Both the position numbers and the translations under genes were made by a program. A DNA stretch of 64,000 nucleotides from Eledone cirrhosa (lineage: Eukaryota): contig OZ024749.1 of assembly GCA_964016885.1 (NCBI GenBank), positions 46,810,001 through 46,874,000 on the forward strand, read 5' to 3'. Under the pieces are notes generated by a model. The model did not search any database. It was not told the DNA's origin and saw nothing but the letters and a program-made list of their open reading frames with translations. Position 1 is the stretch's first letter; the number at the start of each line of letters is the position of its first letter. Below, one piece after another: positions 55,736 through 64,000 of this stretch.

Positions 55736-58700
55736 GGAGAGTGAGAAATGTATGTATGTGTATATTTATAATAGACATTTCATTTCATGGTCAGAAACTT
55801 ACCTAATACGAATTACGAATGAATGGTTCCATACTTTCAGGAATTCTGGCAAACAACTTTGATAAATGAAAGAATCACACTCGACAAGAAAATAGGTCCT
55901 ACATAATCATTTAGGGCGGAAAATTGTTTATAAAATGTCGATATAAATTCTCGTCACATATTATTCTATTATTACAGTTTCATGGAAGACATAGTATGCC
56001 TGACTGCAATTTCCTCTGCATAAGTTGCTGCATGTATATATCTACGTATGTCTGTGTGTATCTACGTATGTGTGTATATTTATATGTATGCATGTATTTA
56101 TGTGTATGTGCTTGTTTATTTGGGAAGATATATATTTTTTTCTATAATAATATATTTATTGTTTAATTTATCTTTCAATCTTACCGACGCTAAATATTTT
56201 ATTCTTTTGTTATTTATGTCTTCATTTTCTATCTAAATTATTTTTCCTTTCTTTGTTGTCCTGTTTATAATTATATTTTCCGCAATGTTCTAAGAGCTTA
56301 AATAGATTTATTTTATTCGTCTATTTATTCATAGCTTTGTTTTTTCATCTTAACATATACAGTAATGTAAATGTCTGGATTGGTACATTATTGTTTTTGC
56401 CTTATTAATTCTAAACTAAACCAATGTGTGCATCAAAGCTCAGAGCACATCTTTTCTTTATTCTGTGATTTAGCGTTAACATGTGATCAGACGGAGAATT
56501 CAGAAAAAAGAGAATAAATAAATATTAAAATGAGAGATTTGGAAATTTATTTGTCTTAAAACCTTTTCGAAGTTTTATTTTTCATGCAGGAATAGACATC
56601 TACAAGTATTATAATTACACCAACTCAACTTATAAAATATATAATTCAGAACATGAAAGTGTATTTTGTTTAAGTACATACATCATTTTGTTCTAGAATG
56701 CATATCTTGCATTAGCACTGACATGTTGTTAGAAAGTATTGTGTGCTTAATACACAGTAGTTAGATACACATTAAATGCGTAGAGGCATTTACTCATTCT
56801 GAGAACAGGACCTGCAATATATTTTCTATTAATTAAACATTCCTGTTTATTATTTCTCCATAATTGTTTTTATATGTTTACACCAACATGTATGTTAATA
56901 GAGTTGTATACATCTATTGTGATAGAAATACATTTCATTAAAATGATTAATTTTCGCCACATAGTGATATGATGTAGACTAAGTTCAATAAGTATAATGT
57001 GAAAATTAGTAGATATCTAATGCGGTGTATATATATATCAGTTATCAAAACATTGTTAGCTCTATCAGCCTACTAACAGACTTACTGAAATACATATGCG
57101 ATATTTCGCGGTTGCATACGAATGCAGACAACTGAGATTTTAGTAATATCCTCGTGTACAGTCTGCCGTCTCGATTTTATAGTTGTGGCCCAAATTTAGA
57201 ACAGAGTGAAAATATATTAACAAATATACCCGCAGATAATCAGTTTCCAACTCTTTTTTAAAACAATAAAAATGATAGATAGTGCTTTGTGGAAAATGGT
57301 ATCTTATTACATGTTATTGGTTATTAAAAGCATTCAAAATCAGATGTATAAGTTCGGTTAATGAAAAGATAAAAATCAACATTTGAAACCTAACTATTCC
57401 CTTGGTTTATACTTATTTCAAAGTTCAAAATACATTAAATCGTTTTTAAATATAAACAAGGTGTTATTAGATACGAGCTAGTGTCTTGCGTTTTCACTAA
57501 AGAATTGAAATATATATATTTTTTCCCATATCATGTGTGACTTTTACACGAAAATAGAAATCATGAACCACTGAATGCCAAGGTTCGATAGGGATGCGGA
57601 AAGACGTGGTCAGTTTTCACTCAACACATCTTTTGCTGAATGTGAATTCGACGCGCTCTCAAATGCTATGTTTGTAGAAGTGAAATTATAATTAAATAAA
57701 AAGAAAATTAGTATAATAAATGCTTTGGAAGAGGGAATAACTAAATATAATTAAAGAAAATTAAATCTAATTCATTATAGACTTATTTAATAGTGCAATT
57801 TTAATAGTAGATAAATCAATACTTTTTATGATGCAGCATATTATGGTTTAATATTCTATCACTAAATCATAGTTTCTTATTGTATAAGCGAAACATATAA
57901 AATATATTTAATAAGCTGATTCAGGTTCATAGATTTGTATCGTTTTAAGCGAAAACAGTTATGTCCCTACTCTTATTGAACAACCATGAAACAGATTGCT
58001 AGTTATATAAAGGTGAATTCATGCCACGCGTGATTGATTTTATGCTAATGTTCAAGATCTGTAATATATCCTCCGCCTCTTTGTCCCGCCTAACAAGATA
58101 GATAGGATATTGCCTCTGCGGACGGGTATGAGAGACATGCGGAATAACAACTACCTGTTTGCTATGTTATACGTGGTAATGGGATTATAACCCATATTCT
58201 TACAAAATGTGACTTACGTATGTATTATTGGACCAGATTCCATGAAATATTTACACTAATAAAACGCATGTAAATGGCGGAACGTGATGTCTGCTCTAAC
58301 CGCATACACTTACATTCTGAGCAATGAAAAACTGGAATAGATTTCACAGCATATGAAATTCAGAGGACATTACATATTGCATGTATGATTATTTAACGAA
58401 GGTGAAGGAACATTATGATAGTTGTCAATTTTATATACTAATAATTTCTTGTATATTTTCGTGATAAAATTATTTAATTTTACAGAAAATAAAACCTACG
58501 TCAATACAAAGCCATGGGCAATTCTTGTGATCTAAAACTCTGAAAACAAATGCAAGCCGATACCCTTCGTAACTTATTACGTAATAATATACTAAAATAT
58601 ATTTAAAGCTTTTATCCTAGCAGGTGTAAGGATTCTTCCATGCATCATGCATAACATAGATTAAAATAAAACAACATCTTACTCATCTAGATAAAATATG

Positions 58701-59679
58701 GTAAATGTTATGCGAGAAAAAAATGCAACTAAGGTAATCTGAATAAGTGAGAACTATATTAGTTATTCCACCCCGAATTCACAAATGGCAAAAATAAATA
58801 AAAAAAGCAAACACAAATCGAACGCACGGAACAGGACGTAGTGTCACGGGGAAATTCATCTGGTTTTGTACACATCAAAACAATAATGATTTCTACCTCA
58901 GACAATAAAATAATTATTCGTAATGCATTTAATGATCAATTATTTCCTTATATCCCCATCCCTCAACAACTCGGTGGCTTTCTTCCAAATTAACAAATCA
59001 AAGCTATAATGAGGTGTGCGGCGAGTGCCGTAAAACGAGTGGTCGACTCACATATTTCTGAAACTATATCACAGATGATATCTATTATTGGTTAAAATAA
59101 AATCCATTTCCTTTGCAATTTATTATGCTGTCAACGTGAATGAGTGAAATAAAATGCTATCAATGTGTGTTCATTTTTTCGCATATAATATTAATCCCAT
59201 GACTATATTCATGCGCTTGCTAGCAAACTACGTTTACTTTTCTTACAACAGACTGGTTGTTGAATGACAATTTATTAGTATCCGAATACAGCCTAATTAC
59301 AATTAAATTGCAAACTTTTAAAGCTATGACAAATTAAGTTGCCTCTGTAGTAAACGTCAAATTGACTGCAGTATAGTATCTTTGCGTTTCACAGCGTATT
59401 TTATTTTCAGTAGCAGTTCTCATTTATCTCTTAGGATCAAAAAGAATAAGAAACATCTGCAGAAATTGACATTAGATAACAAATTCATAATAATAAACTA
59501 CAATATGGAGGCAATTTAAGAGGTGTCGTTATTGTAGGGTTCAAGAATTTCATATATATTTCATATATAAGAAACATGTATTAATGAACTGTAAACCAAT
59601 TCTCGAATGAAAATATCACTGTCATAAAAACAACAAACTATTAAAGATAGTTTAAAAGGTACACATCTATATGCCACGT

Positions 59680-59856
59680 GAGGATATTGGATAGAGATTC
59701 GGACATGTTTTCCGGCATAGTTACGTCCCTTTAGGTTCTGGGTTCAAATCCCGCCGAGTTTCACTTTGCCTTTCATCCTTACGTGGTAGATGAAATAAAG
59801 TACCAGTAATGTACTGGATAAATGGTGGCCTTGTGACATAAGTAGAAACAATTATT
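59680..59856 (+). mobile_element. Same SINE
   Basis: GGTTCAAATCCCGCCGAG...GCCTTTCATCCTTACG...AAGTACCAGTAATGTACTGG...AGTAGAAACAATTATT. Confidence 0.8.
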
Positions 59857-59922
59857 GCCTTTTGAAAATGTTTATAAGAAACAATTGGAGTAATGCAATA
59901 TATATATATATATATATATATA

Positions 59923-60080
59923 TGACGAAGGAGTTGTGGTAAGGAATCACATGGAGCATTACGCACCAGAGTACTTAATACTTAGGTTAGTAGAGTGATT
60001 AATAGGACAATGTATGACACCGACGGCAGTGCTCATGCTGTTTCGAAGGCTTGACGTCTGCCGTCGGGGTCATACATTTT

Positions 60081-60084
<4 letters not shown>
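59923..60084 (-). mobile_element. Diverged PLE family A short copy with an inverted arm
   Basis: ACGAAGGAGTTGTGGTAAGG...CCGACGGCAG...GTTTCG, then inverted CTGCCGTCGGGGTC...TTCCTA. TA flanks. Confidence 0.75.
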
Positions 60085-60129
<45 letters not shown>

Positions 60130-60131
<2 letters not shown>

Positions 60132-60665
60132 AAAAAATGAAACGAAAATTCATCTCCCACTTTTAGTACGGCTGTTACTTAAATATAAGTATGTACACGT
60201 ACATACATATATGTATACATACGTACAGTAGTATGTATATATATATATATACACACATGCACACACATACATATATGTACGTATGGATTCACCGAACATT
60301 TATTATAATGTTCGGTGTGTTTGTAAACAAACATCCCGTATTAAGCCGTAGTGTCTAGCAACCATCGTTGCTCGTTTGTTCAACACTGACAAATGAACGC
60401 TGTACTAGTTTCAAGCTTATTAGCTATAGTCAGCAACGTATACCCTCCTGCCAGATTGTTGAACGTCTGAAAGTATATATTTTCCTTATGCATATTAACG
60501 GCTGAGTAGCCCAATTTGCATATCGAGTGGGTTAATCGGCCGGGTGCACCGAAAACGATAAACGGAAAAAATGAAACGAAATTGCATTTCCCACTCTTAG
60601 TACGGCTATTACTTAAATATAAGTATGTACACGTACATATATATATCGATACAGACGTACAGTAG

Positions 60666-60708
<43 letters not shown>

Positions 60709-60773
60709 GCACACACATACATAAATGTACGTATGGATTCACCGAACATTTATTATAATGCTCAGTGTGTTTG

Positions 60774-60777
<4 letters not shown>
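60130..60777 (-). mobile_element. Retrozyme-like array, family R2: about 1.5 tandem copies of a 434-bp unit, flanked by (TA)n
   Basis: GGAAAAAATGAAACGAAA at 60130 and 60564. HHR at 60397-60439, ATTTGCAT at 60514-60521. Colinear similarity to R1. Confidence 0.8.
60397..60439 (-). ncRNA. Minimal type I hammerhead (R2), G8 mutated in this copy
   Basis: - strand: acgttg-CTGACTA-tagc taataa gctt-GAAAC-TA-GTA-cagcgt. Confidence 0.7.
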
Positions 60778-60816
<39 letters not shown>

Positions 60817-60896
60817 ATATAAATATAAATATAAATATATATATATTATCCTTATCGAGCCCCTTTGTATTTTAGTGTTCTCATTTATTATTGTTA

Positions 60897-60946
<50 letters not shown>

Positions 60947-60947
60947 A

Positions 60948-60989
<42 letters not shown>

Positions 60990-60993
<4 letters not shown>

Positions 60994-61073
60994 AACGAGT
61001 AGGACCCCCACTCTACTAACCTAAGTATTGGGTACTTTGGTGCCTTAAAGTCCTTATCACATTTCCTTCGTTA
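60990..61073 (+). mobile_element. PLE family A very short copy with an inverted arm
   Basis: TAGGAACGAGTAGGACCCC followed by CCACTCTACT...CATTTCCTTCGTTA, between TA runs. Confidence 0.75.
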
Positions 61074-61413
61074 TATATATATATGTATATATATATATAT
61101 AATGATGAAAAATGGCGTGCTGTGTTGTTGCATTTGTCATTCCTATATGCTACCCCCTTCACTGTGACCTGTCAATTTCTCTTCCCTTACTGCTATCCCC
61201 TTTCTCTCTCCCCCTCTCCCTCCTTCTTCCTCTTACTTTCATTGACCCCCTCTGCTAGTCATCCTCTCTCGGCTAGCCTCTTCCTCACACATTCACTCAG
61301 TCACCCCCTTCTACTCACCCTCTCTGACATCCTCCAACGCTACATACACATAAACATCACCATAACAAGGCCGTCTACTACTACTACTACCACCACTACT
61401 ACCACCAGCACCC

Positions 61414-61481
<68 letters not shown>

Positions 61482-61482
<1 letters not shown>

Positions 61483-61763
61483 TAAATGTAGTCTCAGTCA
61501 TTGATGTTATTTAACTGGAATGTTTGTTCACATGAACGTCAAGCCACTACCTGTAGCCTCAGATATTCAGGACGTATCAGAGAGTTCTTGCTGTTCCCAG
61601 CAAACCTGCCTTTTCAAGTGTTCCAAAAAGGTGGTTAGACTAATGTTATTTAACCATTGTTGAAAAGTCTTAGAGATGGTACTAGTGATCATATAACAAT
61701 CGGGGCCACCTTGATGTTATGACAGTCCCAAATCCTTTTCAAATCCCATTTAAAATACTGTTA
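61482..61763 (-). mobile_element. R4/Dong-like RLE non-LTR retrotransposon 3' fragment between trinucleotide tracts
   Basis: - strand with frameshifts: KWDLKRIWDCHNIKVAPIVI*SL/TISKTFQQWL/KAGLLGTARTL*YVLNI, matching PVVIGALG...KA.LLGTARILR.VL. The short 3' UTR runs into (TAG)n. Confidence 0.7.
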
Positions 61764-61862
61764 TCTTCTTCTTCTTCTTCTTCTTCTTCTTCTTCTTCTT
61801 CTTCTTCTTCTTCTTCTTCTTCTTCATTATTTTTATTATTATAATTATTATTATTATTATTA

Positions 61863-61937
<75 letters not shown>

Positions 61938-61942
61938 CAGCC

Positions 61943-62006
<64 letters not shown>

Positions 62007-62033
62007 TAGTAGTAGTAGTAGTTGTAGTAGTAG
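61764..62033. repeat. Compound (TCT)n/(ATT)n/(AGT)n microsatellite
   Basis: Directly visible. Confidence 0.95.
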
Positions 62034-62625
62034 TATAAATACACTGATGTAAATATTATGGCAGCCTTGAAACAGTAGACGAATGATCATGGCCTTCGCT
62101 GCTTCGTAAAAGCAAATTATAATTTTTGAAAGCAGCGTCAAGTGTAATGTAAATTTTATGGCAGGAAAATTAAATAATGTTTCTATAATTTCGTTCAAGT
62201 TTTTCATCGGTATGCCGAAAGAGCGCAGCTGTTAGTTTTTAGATTAAAAAAAAATGTTTACTTAGAATCAGAGCTAGGAGAAAAGCTAATTAAAGGCAGA
62301 TCAACGAATGATATTTAAAATTTAATTTTCAGTTAGTGAGGTTTAAATGGTTCGGTCTTTTCTTTCGTTTTTTTTTTTTTTTTCATTTGTTCTCTTTTCG
62401 TTTCTGCTTTCATCTTAACGTTTTCTCTTCGTCGCTTTATTTACACTAATCTAGAAATTAGTAACTCAAATGTGAAAGGAAATTAACTGCACTTTTCAGT
62501 TTTCCATAATCATGTATACAAACATAAATACACATACATGCACACATAGACACACTCATGTATATATATATGTATGTATATAACTAAATATCTCTCTCTC
62601 TCTATATATATATATATACATATAT

Positions 62626-62719
<94 letters not shown>

Positions 62720-62823
62720 ATAATAATAAATTTGAAGACTAAAATCCAAAGAGGCTTCATAAGATCCCGTTAAGGGTGAAAGCAGCGATTATTTGCATAA
62801 ACTTTAATCTGTTAATTTAATGA

Positions 62824-62903
<80 letters not shown>

Positions 62904-63002
62904 TGAAATTAACTAATAATATAACCAAATAATCAGGTTGCCGTTCTACTTTCACATTAAGTCTGAATGTTTGAACTTTAAATCGATAACTGCTGAATCG
63001 AT

Positions 63003-63202
63003 NNNNNNNNNNNNNNNNNNNNNNNNNNNNNNNNNNNNNNNNNNNNNNNNNNNNNNNNNNNNNNNNNNNNNNNNNNNNNNNNNNNNNNNNNNNNNNNNNN
63101 NNNNNNNNNNNNNNNNNNNNNNNNNNNNNNNNNNNNNNNNNNNNNNNNNNNNNNNNNNNNNNNNNNNNNNNNNNNNNNNNNNNNNNNNNNNNNNNNNNNN
63201 NN
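63003..63202. other. Assembly gap (200 N)
   Basis: Run of N. Confidence 1.
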
Positions 63203-64000
63203 TTTGATGCTTTTAATATATTAATATCTCTAAATCATAATACCTTTAAGATTTCTTATAATATATATATATATACGTGTGTATGTATAGATATTTATAT
63301 ATACTTATGTACTTCTACATGTGTACGTCTATATGATTCTAATTTTAATTTTTATTTTAATTTTAATTTTAATTTTAATATTTGGAAATTATTTAATTCT
63401 TTTTTCTTAATTCTTTATTATTCTTCTAAAGCTAATTTTTCAATGTAGATTAATAACCATTAACTGTTTTTAGTAAAATGTATCCTATTCAGGATGATTT
63501 TTAAATATTGATATTTCTTTAGACTAAATAATTAATCCCACAATAGCGATTAATAAAAAGATCGTAGTTATCTTTCCGTCTTTCAATCATAAAAAACTTT
63601 TTTATACATAACTCCGTGAATTTAATTTAATTTAAACCTTATCAATTTTAACTACTTATTTATTTACATAAAATCAACATCCCTAGTAACTTATATTTGG
63701 AACAGACACCTATTTATTATTTTTTTAATTTATTTATTTATTAATCAACATCCCTCGTAACTCAACTATCCTTTTAATAAAAAAAATACGTATGCTATTA
63801 TTAAAATATATATATATATACATAGATATTTATATATAATAAGATAAATATTTCTCCATATAAATATAGACAAATGTCTGAATATATTTCCCTAAATTAA
63901 CGTTTAAGTGGTCTTCATTTTCCTCCTTCTTTAACGATTTTAGTTTGATAATTTATATAACTTCGTTAAATTAACAATATTCTGAAAACATTCTCAATGT

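Noticed and set aside
56200-59600. Microsatellite-poor stretches (also 20550-22000, 34500-36200, 37100-39300) as host exons or old transposase
   Set aside because: No recognisable peptide motif or convincing splice-bounded frame by eye. Small exons cannot be excluded without RNA-seq or BLASTX.

Overview
This is AT-rich, non-genic metazoan DNA with very many (TA)n microsatellites. The repeat content looks cephalopod/Octopus-like (inference). I could not recognise any host protein-coding exon, and almost all ORFs in the track are microsatellite translations. The real content is retroelement debris: about 9 copies of a tRNA-derived SINE with a Meta-type core, one V/CORE-type SINE, 3' fragments of Tx1-, CRE- and R4/Dong-like non-LTR elements, and many Penelope-like element (PLE) 3' ends sitting in (TA)n runs, several with GIY-YIG endonuclease remnants. 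About 20 type I hammerhead ribozyme (HHR) motifs can be read by eye. They include U3-A8 covariant cores and a recurrent CCGANGA core. The main finding is three non-coding, HHR-bearing tandem-repeat families (units of 466, 434 and 509 bp) that look like retrozymes (circular-RNA-derived elements) inserted with PLE-type geometry. Two of them are diverged homologues sharing an octamer (ATGCAAAT), a minimal HHR, a looped AATAAA and a long-range helix with compensatory base changes. All folds and alignments were done by eye. Nothing was computed or searched.
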